Part shown: positions 8,310 to 17,559 of the stretch, piece after piece | Layout: each line of letters begins with the position of its first letter | Numbering within the stretch: position 1 is the stretch's first letter | Assembly (NCBI RefSeq): GCF_037189885.1 | Contig: NZ_JBBCIR010000007.1 | Coordinates: 70,218-134,217, forward strand | DNA from: Paludisphaera sp. | GTDB taxonomy: Bacteria > Planctomycetota > Planctomycetia > Isosphaerales > Isosphaeraceae | Length of the DNA: 64,000 bases | Direction: 5' to 3' | Made by a program: the position numbers and the translations under genes | The notes under the pieces: model-generated | Databases searched by the model: none | What the model was told of the DNA's origin: nothing | What the model saw: only the letters and a program-made list of their open reading frames with translations

Positions 8310-10142
8310 TCAGCCTCGCGACGAGTCCGCGCCTCGGCTCTCGGCGGGCTCGGGGACGCGCCGGGGCGTCGGGTCCTCGCCCTGGGGCGTCATGGCGGCG
8401 GGCTGGGTGCCCTCGTCGTCGGGGCCGATCATGGCGGAGAACTCGGCGTGGACGCGGGCGCGCTCGCGGTCGATCTGCTCGGCCGTGGCGCCAAGGCGGT
8501 GCAGCAGGGACTCGGTCATCGCCAGGGCGACCTCGCCCTCGCCGGAGAAGACGGCGTCGGCGCCGGCGTCGCGCATCTCGGCGACCTCGCGGAGGTAGGT
8601 CGTCCGGGCCAGGATGAAGACGTCCTTGTTGATCTCTCGGGCCAGCCGGATCGTCTCCTTGCCGCCGCTCATGGTGGAGCTGCTGAGGATCAGGGCGATC
8701 GCCCGATCGGCCCCGGCGTGCTCCAGGACCTCGCGGTGCATGGCGTCGCCGTAGAGGGCGCGGACGCCTTCCCCCTCCAGCCGCCGCACGGTCTCCATGT
8801 TCAGCTCGATGACGACCGGGTCGATCTGGTTCTCGCGCAGCAGCCGCGAGAGCGTCTTGCCGACCGGCCCGTAGCCGATCACCACCACGCGATGCCGCCC
8901 GGACTCCTCCGGGTCGTCCTCGTCGTGATGGACCCGGTTCTCCACCGGCGCGGGGTCCTTGACGAACCGCTTGAGGAACCGCTCCATCGTCCCGATCGTG
9001 CGATAGAGCATCGGGTTGAGCGTGATCGTGATGATGGCCGCCGCGATCAGCGCGTTGCTCGCCTCGTCGTCCAGGACCCCCAGGGCCTTGGCGCCGGCGG
9101 CCAGGATGAACGAGAACTCGCCGATCTGCGCCAGGATCGCGGCGATGGAGATGGCCGTCCGCAGGGGGTAGCCCATCATGTGGACAATGACCCACGCCGC
9201 CAGCGGCTTGCCGATCAGGATCACCGCCAGCGTGCCCGCCAGCAGGCCCGGCGACTCCCAGAGGGCGCGGGGGTTGAACAGCATGCCGACCGAGACGAAG
9301 AAGAGGACCGCGAAGGCGTCGCGCATCGGGAGGGCCTCGGTGGCCGCCCGTAGGCTGAACTGCGACCGGCCCACCACCATCCCGGCGAGGAACGCCCCGA
9401 GGGCCATCGAGACGTCGAAGACCTTCGCCGCCGTGACCGCGATCCCCAGGGCCGTCACCAGCACCGTCAGCGTGAACAGCTCGCGCGAGCGGGTCTCGGC
9501 CACGCGGTCGAGGATCCAGGGGATGATGCGGTCCCCGACCAGGAACGTCAGGGCCACCATCACGCCGACCTTGAACGACGCGGTCCCGACCCCCGCCAGC
9601 ATCACCGACGGCGAGTGGTCGCCCGGCCCGAACAGGGCCGGCAGCATCACCAGCGCGAGGACGGTGAAGAGATCCTCGACGACCAGCCAGCCCACCGCGA
9701 TGTGGCCGGTCTGCGTGTGGAGGTCGTCGTTGTCGGCCAGGACTCGCACCAGGACGACGGTGCTCGCCACCGAGATCGCCATGCCGAAGACCAGCCCCGC
9801 CGACCATCCCCATCCGTGGTGATGCCCCATCATCGCCCCGAGCGCCGTGGCCGTCAGGCTCTGGGCGATCGCGCCGGGGATCGCGACGCGGCGGACCGCC
9901 AGCAGTTCCTTGAGGTGGAACTGGAGCCCGACGCCGAACATCAGCAGGATCACGCCGATCTCGGCGAGCTGGTCCGCCAGGTGCTGGTCGGCCTGGAAGC
10001 CCGGCGTCGAGGGGCTGACGGCGACCCCCGCCAGCAGGTAGCCGACGATCGGCGAGAGCCGGAGCCGGAAGGTGATGTAGCCGCAGACGAGCGCCGCGGC
10101 CAGGCCGCCGGTGAGGGTCAGGATCAGGTCGATATTATGCAT
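8310..10142 (-). CDS. CPA2 cation:proton antiporter with C-terminal TrkA-N (KTN) domain (YbaL/KefC-like)
   Basis: About 13 hydrophobic segments, AEIGVILLMFGVGL, EDL, FFVSVGM, QIGEFSF, then VVVIGYGPVG and GDA. Confidence 0.92.
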   Translation of the reverse strand: MHNIDLILTLTGGLAAALVCGYITFRLRLSPIVGYLLAGVAVSPSTPGFQADQHLADQLAEIGVILLMFGVGLQFHLKELLAVRRVAIPGAIAQSLTATALGAMMGHHHGWGWSAGLVFGMAISVASTVVLVRVLADNDDLHTQTGHIAVGWLVVEDLFTVLALVMLPALFGPGDHSPSVMLAGVGTASFKVGVMVALTFLVGDRIIPWILDRVAETRSRELFTLTVLVTALGIAVTAAKVFDVSMALGAFLAGMVVGRSQFSLRAATEALPMRDAFAVLFFVSVGMLFNPRALWESPGLLAGTLAVILIGKPLAAWVIVHMMGYPLRTAISIAAILAQIGEFSFILAAGAKALGVLDDEASNALIAAAIITITLNPMLYRTIGTMERFLKRFVKDPAPVENRVHHDEDDPEESGRHRVVVIGYGPVGKTLSRLLRENQIDPVVIELNMETVRRLEGEGVRALYGDAMHREVLEHAGADRAIALILSSSTMSGGKETIRLAREINKDVFILARTTYLREVAEMRDAGADAVFSGEGEVALAMTESLLHRLGATAEQIDRERARVHAEFSAMIGPDDEGTQPAAMTPQGEDPTPRRVPEPAESRGADSSRG

Positions 10143-10382
10143 AAGGAACGTCCCCGCGGCGGATGGCCCATGTTTTCAGGTCCTCCCCCCTCGCGAGCAC
10201 GAACGGTTCGGCGCCCATTCCGGCCGGCCATTATGAGGGACGCCGCCCCCCCCGCACCAGAGCGATTGACGACGGATCCCGCGTCTTGAAGGCCGGGGCC
10301 GATTCTGTCAGACTAAGCCCGGCGCGCCGGACCCGGGGGTGGTCCGGGCGCGGCAACGAGCGCGGAAGGAGCGGGCCGGATC

Positions 10383-10670
10383 ATGTCGCTGTCGACCGAA
10401 GAGGTGGCCAAGGTCGCCGTGCTGGCGAGGCTGCGCCTCGCGCCGGAGGAATTGGAGACGTTCACCGGCCAGCTCAACGCGATCGTCGACTACGTCGCCC
10501 AGCTCCAGGCGCTGGACACGACGGGGGTCGAGCCGTTGGCCCACGGCGTCGAGGTGCGGAACGTCTTCCGCGACGACGCCCGCGGCCCCGCGCTCCCCCG
10601 CGAGGCGGCGCTGGCCAACGCGCCGAAGCGGAACGCGGAGAGCTTCCTCGTCCCCGCAGTCCTCGACTGA
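10383..10670 (+). CDS. gatC: Asp/Glu-tRNA amidotransferase subunit C
   Basis: EEVAKVAVLARL, RDD, LANAP and FLVPAV; 95 aa, upstream of gatA. Confidence 0.95.
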   Translation: MSLSTEEVAKVAVLARLRLAPEELETFTGQLNAIVDYVAQLQALDTTGVEPLAHGVEVRNVFRDDARGPALPREAALANAPKRNAESFLVPAVLD

Positions 10671-10719
10671 CCGTCCGTCCCCCAACGCCCGAAGCGCCCG
10701 AGCCGAGACCCCGCCCCCC

Positions 10720-12219
10720 ATGAACGACCTGCTCAAAGACGCGACCGTCACCTCCCTGCTGGCGAAGCTGGAAGCCCGGGAGGTCTCCAGCGAGGAACTC
10801 GTCCGGGCCTACGTCGACCGCGCCGGCGCCCTCGGGCGGCTCAACGTCTACGCCCATCTCGACGCCGACCGCGCCCTCGAACGCGCCCGGGCGATCGACG
10901 CCGACCGCGCCGCCGGCCGCCCCGTCGGGCCGCTGGGCGGCGTGCCGGTGGCGATCAAGGACGTCCTCTGCGTCGAGGGGGAGCCGACCACCTGCGGCAG
11001 CCGGATGCTCCGCGACTTCCGCCCCCCCTACGACGCGACGGCGATCGTCAAGCTGAGGGAGGCCGGCGCGGTCCTGTTCGGCAAGACGAACATGGACGAG
11101 TTCGCCATGGGCTCGTCCACCGAGAGCAGCTTCCACGGCCCGACGCTCAACCCCTGGGACGAGACGAGGATCCCCGGCGGTTCGTCCGGCGGCTCGGCCG
11201 CGGCGGTCGCCGCCGACCTGGCGCCGGCCTCGCTGGGGACCGACACCGGCGGCTCGATCCGCCAGCCGGCCTCCTTCTGCGGGGTCGTCGGGCTGAAGCC
11301 CACCTACGGCCGCGTCAGCCGCTACGGGCTGATCGCCTTCGCCAGCTCGCTCGACCAGATCGGCCCGTTCACCCACGACCTGGCCGACGCCGCCCTGCTC
11401 CTGAAGGTCATCTCCGGGCGCGACGAGCGCGACGCCACGAGCGTCGACCGGCCGGTGCCCGACTACTCGGCCTCGCTCGACCGGAAGCCGGAATCGCTGC
11501 GGATCGGCGTCGCCCGCGAGTTCTTCACCGAGGGGCTCGACCCCGAGGTCGAGTCGGCCGTCCGCGAGGCGATCCGGGTCTACGAGAAGGCCGGCGCGAG
11601 GATCAAGGAGGTCTCGCTGCCCCACTCCGGATACGGCATCCCGGTCTACTACATCGTGGCGCCGGCCGAGTGCTCCAGCAACCTCGCCCGCTACGACGGC
11701 ACCATCTTCGGCCACCGCGCCGAGGACTGGTCGCCCAGGTATCCCGGCGAGGAGGACCTGCACCCGCTGGTCCGCATGATGATGGCCAGCCGCGCCGAGG
11801 GCTTCGGCGCCGAGGTCAAGCGGCGGATCATGCTGGGGACGTTCGCCCTCTCCGCCGGCTACGCCGACCAGTACTACAACCAGGCGCTGAAGGTCCGCCG
11901 CCTGATCCGAGACGACTTCGACGCGGCGTTCCAGGACGTCGACGTGATCGTCGGCCCGACCTCCCCCACGCCGGCCTTCGAGCTGGGCGGGCGCTCCGAC
12001 GACCTGCTGTCGATGTACCTGTCGGACATCTACACGGTCACGGCGAACCTCGCCGGCATCCCCGGCCTCAGCGTCCCCTGCGGCCAGACGAAGACCGGCC
12101 TGCCGATCGGCCTGCAATTGCTGGCCCCGGCCTTCGCCGAGGAATCGCTGCTCCGCGCCGCCCGCGTCTTCGAGCGCGAGACCGACTGGCACCTGAGGCG
12201 GCCGGCGATCGGGTCATGA
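10720..12219 (+). CDS. gatA: Asp/Glu-tRNA amidotransferase subunit A
   Basis: Amidase signature: VAIKD, GKTNMDEFAMGSS, PGGSSGGSAAAVAA, LGTDTGGSIRQPA, KPTYGRVSRYG and EVKRRIMLG. Confidence 0.97.
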   Translation: MNDLLKDATVTSLLAKLEAREVSSEELVRAYVDRAGALGRLNVYAHLDADRALERARAIDADRAAGRPVGPLGGVPVAIKDVLCVEGEPTTCGSRMLRDFRPPYDATAIVKLREAGAVLFGKTNMDEFAMGSSTESSFHGPTLNPWDETRIPGGSSGGSAAAVAADLAPASLGTDTGGSIRQPASFCGVVGLKPTYGRVSRYGLIAFASSLDQIGPFTHDLADAALLLKVISGRDERDATSVDRPVPDYSASLDRKPESLRIGVAREFFTEGLDPEVESAVREAIRVYEKAGARIKEVSLPHSGYGIPVYYIVAPAECSSNLARYDGTIFGHRAEDWSPRYPGEEDLHPLVRMMMASRAEGFGAEVKRRIMLGTFALSAGYADQYYNQALKVRRLIRDDFDAAFQDVDVIVGPTSPTPAFELGGRSDDLLSMYLSDIYTVTANLAGIPGLSVPCGQTKTGLPIGLQLLAPAFAEESLLRAARVFERETDWHLRRPAIGS

Positions 12220-12426
12220 GCGAAGCCAGTGCCGGGACTGGTCCGAATCCGGGTCCCGGGCCGCCGGGGCGATCTCGATGCGCCCGGCCACTCGGAAACC
12301 GCCATCGACCGCGTCCGGGCCGACTTGAACAACTCCCGGGCCGCGACCGTCCCCCCGGGCGGGGGCGGGCCGCCCGATCGAACGCCACGACATATCCCAA
12401 GTGCCAGCACGCCGGACCACCGCCCC

Positions 12427-13911
12427 ATGAGCAGCCAACCCTACGACGTCGTCATCGGCCTCGAGATCCACGTCCAGCTCCAGACGGAGAGCAAGATGTT
12501 CTCCTGGGGGGGGACCGAGTTCGGGCTGCCGCCGAACACCCAGACCGACCCGGTCTCGCTCGGGATGCCCGGGACGCTGCCGGTGATGAACCGCAAGGCG
12601 TTCGAGCTGGCCCTCAAGACGGCCGTCGCGCTGGGGGCGAAGATCGCCCCGTTCACCAAGTGGGACCGCAAGAACTACTACTACCCGGACCTGCCGAAGA
12701 ACTACCAGGTCAGCCAGTACGACCTCCCCTTCTCCACCGGCGGGAAGCTGGACATCCCCCCCCGCAAGGACGGCGGCGGCGGCGGGCATTGCGCCCTGAC
12801 CCGCGTCCACCTGGAGGAGGACACCGGAAAGCTCACCCACGGCGTCGGCGAGCATTCGGAGATCGACCTCAACCGGGCCGGCATCCCGCTGCTGGAGATC
12901 GTCGGCGAGCCGGAGATCCGCTCGGCCGCCGACGCTCGCGGCTGCCTGGAGGAGCTTCGCCTGACGCTGCGCTACCTCGGCGTCTCCGACTGCGAGATGC
13001 AGGAGGGGTCGCTCCGCTGCGACGCCAACGTCAACCTCCACATCCATAAGGATGGCAGGACGATCGCCACGCCGATCGTCGAGATCAAGAACCTGAACAG
13101 CTTCCGCGCGGTCGAGAAGGCCATCAACTACGAGGCCGACCGCCAGTACGAGAAGTGGAAGCGGGACGGCCTGACGATCAAGGACGCCCCCAAGGGGACG
13201 TGGGGCTGGGACGACGACCTGGAGCGCACCAAGCCTCAGCGCGAGAAGGAGACGGCCGCCGACTACCGCTACTTCCCCGACCCGGACCTCGTGCCGGTCG
13301 TGGTCGACGAGGCCTGGCTGGAGCGGGTCCGCGCCTCGATCGGCGAGCTGCCGGCGGCGCGTCGCCGGCGGTACGAGACCGAGCACGGCCTGTCGGCCTA
13401 CGACGCCAACGTCCTCGTCGAGCAGGGGGACGACGTGGCCGCCTATTACGACGCCGTCGTGGCCGCGGGGGGGGAGCCGAAGCTGGCGAGCAACTGGATC
13501 CAGCAGGACGTCCTCCGGACGATGAAGGACCGGAAGGTCGCGATCGCCGAATTCCCCGTCAAGCCCGACGCGCTGGCCGACCTCATCGGCCGCGTCGGCC
13601 GCAAGGAGCTGAACACCAACCAGGGCCGCGAGGTCCTGGGCCGGATGATCGAGACCGGCGACCCGGCCGAGAAGGTCATCGAGCTGGGGGGCTACAAGAT
13701 GGTGTCGGACAACGACGCCATCGCGAAGGCCGTCGAGGCCGCGCTGGCCGCCAACCCGCAGGCGATCGCCGACCTGAAGGGGGGCAAGAAGAAGCCGGAG
13801 GCCGTCAAGGGCTTCCTCCGCGGCCAGGTGATGAAGCAGACCGGCGGCAAGGCCAATCCCGCGCTCGTCGGCGAGCTGTTGGAGGCCAGGCTGTCGGAAC
13901 TCCTCGCGTGA
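12427..13911 (+). CDS. gatB: Asp/Glu-tRNA amidotransferase subunit B
   Basis: VIGLEIHVQL, RKNYYYPDLPKNYQ, HLEED, NRAGIPLLEIV, LRCDANV, EIKNLNSF, YRYFPDPDL and GQVMK. Confidence 0.97.
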   Translation: MSSQPYDVVIGLEIHVQLQTESKMFSWGGTEFGLPPNTQTDPVSLGMPGTLPVMNRKAFELALKTAVALGAKIAPFTKWDRKNYYYPDLPKNYQVSQYDLPFSTGGKLDIPPRKDGGGGGHCALTRVHLEEDTGKLTHGVGEHSEIDLNRAGIPLLEIVGEPEIRSAADARGCLEELRLTLRYLGVSDCEMQEGSLRCDANVNLHIHKDGRTIATPIVEIKNLNSFRAVEKAINYEADRQYEKWKRDGLTIKDAPKGTWGWDDDLERTKPQREKETAADYRYFPDPDLVPVVVDEAWLERVRASIGELPAARRRRYETEHGLSAYDANVLVEQGDDVAAYYDAVVAAGGEPKLASNWIQQDVLRTMKDRKVAIAEFPVKPDALADLIGRVGRKELNTNQGREVLGRMIETGDPAEKVIELGGYKMVSDNDAIAKAVEAALAANPQAIADLKGGKKKPEAVKGFLRGQVMKQTGGKANPALVGELLEARLSELLA

Positions 13912-13928
13912 TGAAAGGGAGGACGACC

Positions 13929-14807
13929 GTGCAGGACCGGACCATCGACCGCAGGGGCTTCCTGGCGACCGCCGGGGCCCTGGCCGCCGCCTCGGCCCTG
14001 GGGGGGAGCGCCCGCGCCTCCGCCCCGACGCCCCCCGGCTGGAAGAAGGCCTACATGCTGGGCCAGACCAAGGGCCCCATCCTGCCCACGTTCCAGATGC
14101 TGAAGGAGGCCGGCTTCCAGGGCGTGGAGCTGATCAGCCCCAACCAGCTCGACCAGCGGGAGGTCCTCGACGCCCGCGACGAGACCGGCCTGGTCATCCA
14201 CGGGGTTAGCGGCGGCGCCCACTGGGCCAAGCCCCTGTCCGACCCCGACCCGGCCGTCGTCGCCGAGGGGGTCGCGGCGATCAAGCGGGAGTTCCTGGAC
14301 GTCAAGGCTTACGGCGGGGACACCGTGCTCGTCGTCCCGGCGGTCGTCACCAAGAAGGTCTCCTACCAGGAGGCCTGGGACCGGTCGCAGGAGCAGATTC
14401 GCGGGCTGATCCCGTTCGCCGAGGAGGCCGGGGTCAAGATCGCGATCGAGGAGGTCTGGAACAAGTTCCTCCTCAGCCCGCTGGAGTTCGCCCGCTACGT
14501 CGACGAGTTCGAGAGCCCGACCGTCGGCGCCTACTTCGACGTCGGCAACGTCGTCGAGTTCGGCTTCCCCGAGGAGTGGATCCGCACGCTGGGCAAGCGC
14601 ATCCTCAAGGTCCACATCAAGGAGTACGCCAAGCCCAAGCGGTTCGACTACAAGCTGGGCGACGGCGGCGAGATCGACTGGCCGGCCGTCAAGCAGGCCC
14701 TCGTCGACGTCGGCTACGACGGCTGGATCACCGCCGAGCTGGGCATCCCCGACCTGGCCGAGGCCAAGGACGTCGTCGCCCGCATGGACAAGCTCCTCTT
14801 CAGCTGA
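13929..14807 (+). CDS. Tat-exported sugar phosphate isomerase/epimerase (AP endonuclease 2 / xylose isomerase-like TIM barrel)
   Basis: GTG start after a GGGAGG Shine-Dalgarno. Twin-arginine signal DRRGFL...ARA, then IEEVWNKFL, YFDVGN, VHIKEY and WITAE. Confidence 0.88.
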   Translation: MQDRTIDRRGFLATAGALAAASALGGSARASAPTPPGWKKAYMLGQTKGPILPTFQMLKEAGFQGVELISPNQLDQREVLDARDETGLVIHGVSGGAHWAKPLSDPDPAVVAEGVAAIKREFLDVKAYGGDTVLVVPAVVTKKVSYQEAWDRSQEQIRGLIPFAEEAGVKIAIEEVWNKFLLSPLEFARYVDEFESPTVGAYFDVGNVVEFGFPEEWIRTLGKRILKVHIKEYAKPKRFDYKLGDGGEIDWPAVKQALVDVGYDGWITAELGIPDLAEAKDVVARMDKLLFS

Positions 14808-14845
14808 GTCGCCCACCGCGCCGGCGGGCGGATCCGTCCTGGGTC

Positions 14846-14932
14846 CGTTCGTCGGGCGCGACGAACAAAGCCAACGGCGCAAGCCCCATCAGGCCAAGGC
14901 TTTGACCGCGATTTTGGCTGGCTTCGTTCGTC
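14846..14932. repeat. Intergenic palindromic element (REP/MITE-like)
   Basis: 14-bp inverted repeat with one mismatch: GACGAACAAAGCCA (14860-14873) and TGGCTTCGTTCGTC (14919-14932). A smaller hairpin GTTCGTCG-ggcg-CGACGAAC overlaps its left arm. Confidence 0.5.
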
Positions 14933-15064
14933 AAAATCGAATGCATTGATCGCGTCTCCCCGCCGGGTCCAACGGTCCGACGCGTTTCGTTTATTGCGAA
15001 TGATCGCCGGGCAGGCTATCTTACGGATAGGAAAGCCGAGGGCGATCGGGGCGGGAGGCGACCC

Positions 15065-15508
15065 ATGAACGGCAGCGACGTGATCACGCCGACGAAGGCC
15101 GACGCGAGGCTCGCCGAGGAAGCGGGGCGGAAACTCGCGGCGCACCTGGGTCGGGGCGAGGGACTTCGAGTCGAGCTGACGGAGACGAGCGAGGAGTTGA
15201 GGCTCCCGCCGGTCGCCTTGCGACTTCTCGTCCGCGTCCTTGATGAGTTGGGGAGGGGCAACGCCGTCGAGCTGACTCCGGTCCGCGCCGAGCTGACGAC
15301 ACAGCAGGCGGCCGACCTGCTGAACGTCTCGCGGCCGCACCTGGTGAAGCTCCTGGACGAAGGGGCGATGCCCTCCCGCAAGGTCGGCACTCATCGGCGG
15401 GTTCGTCTCGCGGACGTCCTGGCGTTTCGAGACGAGTGGCACGCGCGGCGGCACGCCGCCCTGGACGAACTGACGGCGATGAGCCAGGACCTGGACATGG
15501 GCTACTGA
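15065..15508 (+). CDS. Excisionase-family (HTH_17) DNA-binding protein, putative antitoxin/regulator
   Basis: ELTTQQAADLLNVSRPHLVKLLDEGAMPSRKVGTHRRV; lies directly upstream of a PIN gene. Confidence 0.88.
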   Translation: MNGSDVITPTKADARLAEEAGRKLAAHLGRGEGLRVELTETSEELRLPPVALRLLVRVLDELGRGNAVELTPVRAELTTQQAADLLNVSRPHLVKLLDEGAMPSRKVGTHRRVRLADVLAFRDEWHARRHAALDELTAMSQDLDMGY

Positions 15509-15511
15509 CTC

Positions 15512-16078
15512 GTGGCCCCGACGGTCCTCTACGACGCTTGCGTGCTCTATCCGGCCCCGCTGCGCGACCTGCTGATGCGGCTCGCTCTGACGGGGCTGTT
15601 CCAGGCCCGCTGGACGGACGAGATCCACGACGAATGGACGCGGAACGTGGCGGCCAACCGGCCGGACATCACGGTCGACAGCCTGGATCGATGTCGGAAG
15701 TTGATGGACGACCACGTCCCGGACAGCCTCGTGGTCGGCTACGAGCATCTCATCCCAGGACTTACGCTCCCGGACCTGGACGATAGGCACGTGCTCGCGG
15801 CGGCGATCCACGGAGGCGCGGGGACGATCGTGACCTTCAACCTGGGTGACTTCCCGGCGTCCGTCCTGGATGGCTATCACATCCGGGCCATCCATCCGGA
15901 CCGCTTCGTCGTCCGCCTCTGGAGCGAATCGCCCGAGGCGATCCTGGAGGCCGCGCGTCGTCAGCGCCAGGCGTTGAGGAGACCGCCCAGGACCGCGGCC
16001 GAGTATCTGGCGACGCTCAGCCAGTGCCGCCTGACCGAGACGGTCGCATGCCTGCTGCCCTTTGAGCACGACATCTGA
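15512..16078 (+). CDS. PIN-domain protein (putative toxin)
   Basis: VLYDACVLYP...LRDLL, WTDEIHDEW, LPDLDDRHVLAAAI and IVTFNLGDFP; GTG start 3 bp after the upstream stop. Confidence 0.9.
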   Translation: MAPTVLYDACVLYPAPLRDLLMRLALTGLFQARWTDEIHDEWTRNVAANRPDITVDSLDRCRKLMDDHVPDSLVVGYEHLIPGLTLPDLDDRHVLAAAIHGGAGTIVTFNLGDFPASVLDGYHIRAIHPDRFVVRLWSESPEAILEAARRQRQALRRPPRTAAEYLATLSQCRLTETVACLLPFEHDI

Positions 16079-16355
16079 CGAGCCCCGATCGGCCCTGGCT
16101 CCGGGACGGGGATTCGATTCACGCGAATTGCCAAGGAGCCATTCCGGACGATCCACAGGTCGGCCTCCGAGATTTCATGGATCCGCCGAAAAAACTTGAT
16201 TCACGCGACGATCACGCGGCAGATTCGGCGCAAGTCTTTGTCGAGCGGCGACTCCGGGAATCGGGGGGAGATTCTCGGAAAAACGCATTCGCCGGGGGGG
16301 TGGATCGGCATAATGACATGAGGGGCGAACGGGAGCGGGAGGTACCGGTGTCACG

Positions 16356-17270
16356 ATGATCGATCGGGCGACGGACGCGAGCTTGTTGAGGCGCTTCGCC
16401 GAGCGCCGCGAGGAGGAAGCCTTCGCGGAACTGGTTGCGAGGCACGCGCCCAGGGTCCGTCGCGTCTGCCGGAGGTTCCTACACAGCGAGCACGACGTCG
16501 AGGACGTGGCGCAGGCGACGTTCCTCCTGCTGGCGAGGCGGGCCGGGGACGTGGCCTGGCGCGACTCGGTGGGGGGCTGGGTGCGCGACGCCGCCCGGCG
16601 CCTGGCGCTGAACGCCCGCTGCGAGATCGCCCGCCGGGGTCGACGCGAGACGCCCGTCTCCGCGTTCCGGCTCGGCGACGCCGGCGCCCTGCCCGACCCA
16701 GAATGCCCGCTCTCCACGTTCACCGACGAGATCGAACGTCGCGACGTCCGCCGGCTGATCGACGGCGCGATGGAGGAACTCCCCGAGAAATATCGCGCCC
16801 CCCTGGCCCTCTGCTACCTGGAAGGGAAGACGAACCACGAGGCCGCCGCCGCGCTGGGATATCCGGTCGGCTCGATCTCGCGACGGCTCGACCGCGCCCG
16901 CTCGTTGCTCCGCAAGCAACTCGTCGGACGGGGAGTCGCCCTGGCGCTGCTGGTCGCCGCCGCCGCGTGGATCGTCGCCGGTCCCGGGTCCGATCGGCGG
17001 CCGAGCCGGACGCTCCGCCCCGTCGGGGTCGCCGCGGCCGCCCCGTCCCCCGAGGATCGACGCGGGCTTACAGAACTTTTCGCGGCCCTGGAGCGTAAGG
17101 ACGGCCAAGGGCTGGACCGCGCCCGGTTCGACCGGGGCGTCTCCCACGCCGAGGCCCAGGGCGCGGAAGTCCGCCTCGCCGCGATCGACGCGGACCTCGA
17201 TCCACCCGGCGCCGCCGACGTCTCCCGACTGCTGGCGACCTGCGTCCGGTGTCATGGGGAGTACAGGTGA
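16356..17270 (+). CDS. ECF (sigma-70 family) sigma factor with a transmembrane segment and a C-terminal CxxCH heme-binding motif
   Basis: Sigma2: AFAELVARH...DVEDVAQATFLLLARRA. Sigma4: LPEKYRAPLALCYLEGKTNHEAAAALGYPVGSISRRLDRAR. Hydrophobic VALALLVAAAAWIVAG at about 16935-16982, and the protein ends in CVRCHGEYR-stop. Confidence 0.9.
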   Translation: MIDRATDASLLRRFAERREEEAFAELVARHAPRVRRVCRRFLHSEHDVEDVAQATFLLLARRAGDVAWRDSVGGWVRDAARRLALNARCEIARRGRRETPVSAFRLGDAGALPDPECPLSTFTDEIERRDVRRLIDGAMEELPEKYRAPLALCYLEGKTNHEAAAALGYPVGSISRRLDRARSLLRKQLVGRGVALALLVAAAAWIVAGPGSDRRPSRTLRPVGVAAAAPSPEDRRGLTELFAALERKDGQGLDRARFDRGVSHAEAQGAEVRLAAIDADLDPPGAADVSRLLATCVRCHGEYR

Positions 17271-17353
17271 CGTGGCGCGGAGGCCGGCGGGCCGTGGAAC
17301 CGGCGCCGGTTCATGTTCTTCGGACAACCGTCGGCGGCCCCGAAACCCGACGA

Positions 17354-17399
17354 CCCTCACCCGCCGCTGGCGCGGCTACCCTCTCCCGGCGGGAGAGGG
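17354..17399 (+). repeat. REP-like palindromic repeat (CCCTCACCC...CCCTCTCCC-n-GGGAGAGGG type)
   Basis: CCCTCACCCGCCGCTGGCGCGGCTACCCTCTCCCGGCGGGAGAGGG; related copies lie at 22977-23023 and 23117-23166. Confidence 0.65.
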
Positions 17400-17559
17400 G
17401 ACGAGAACAGACCCGGCCCCGGGCTCGCGCCCGCCGCGTCTCTGGCCTTCCGCAACGCTTTTGAAGTACGATGGATAAATCTCGGGCCGGCCCCAGGCGG
17501 GCCGCCCCGATCCCGCCCCGCTATCCCCGACCTCATCCACACCCGGCAGGTGCGACATC

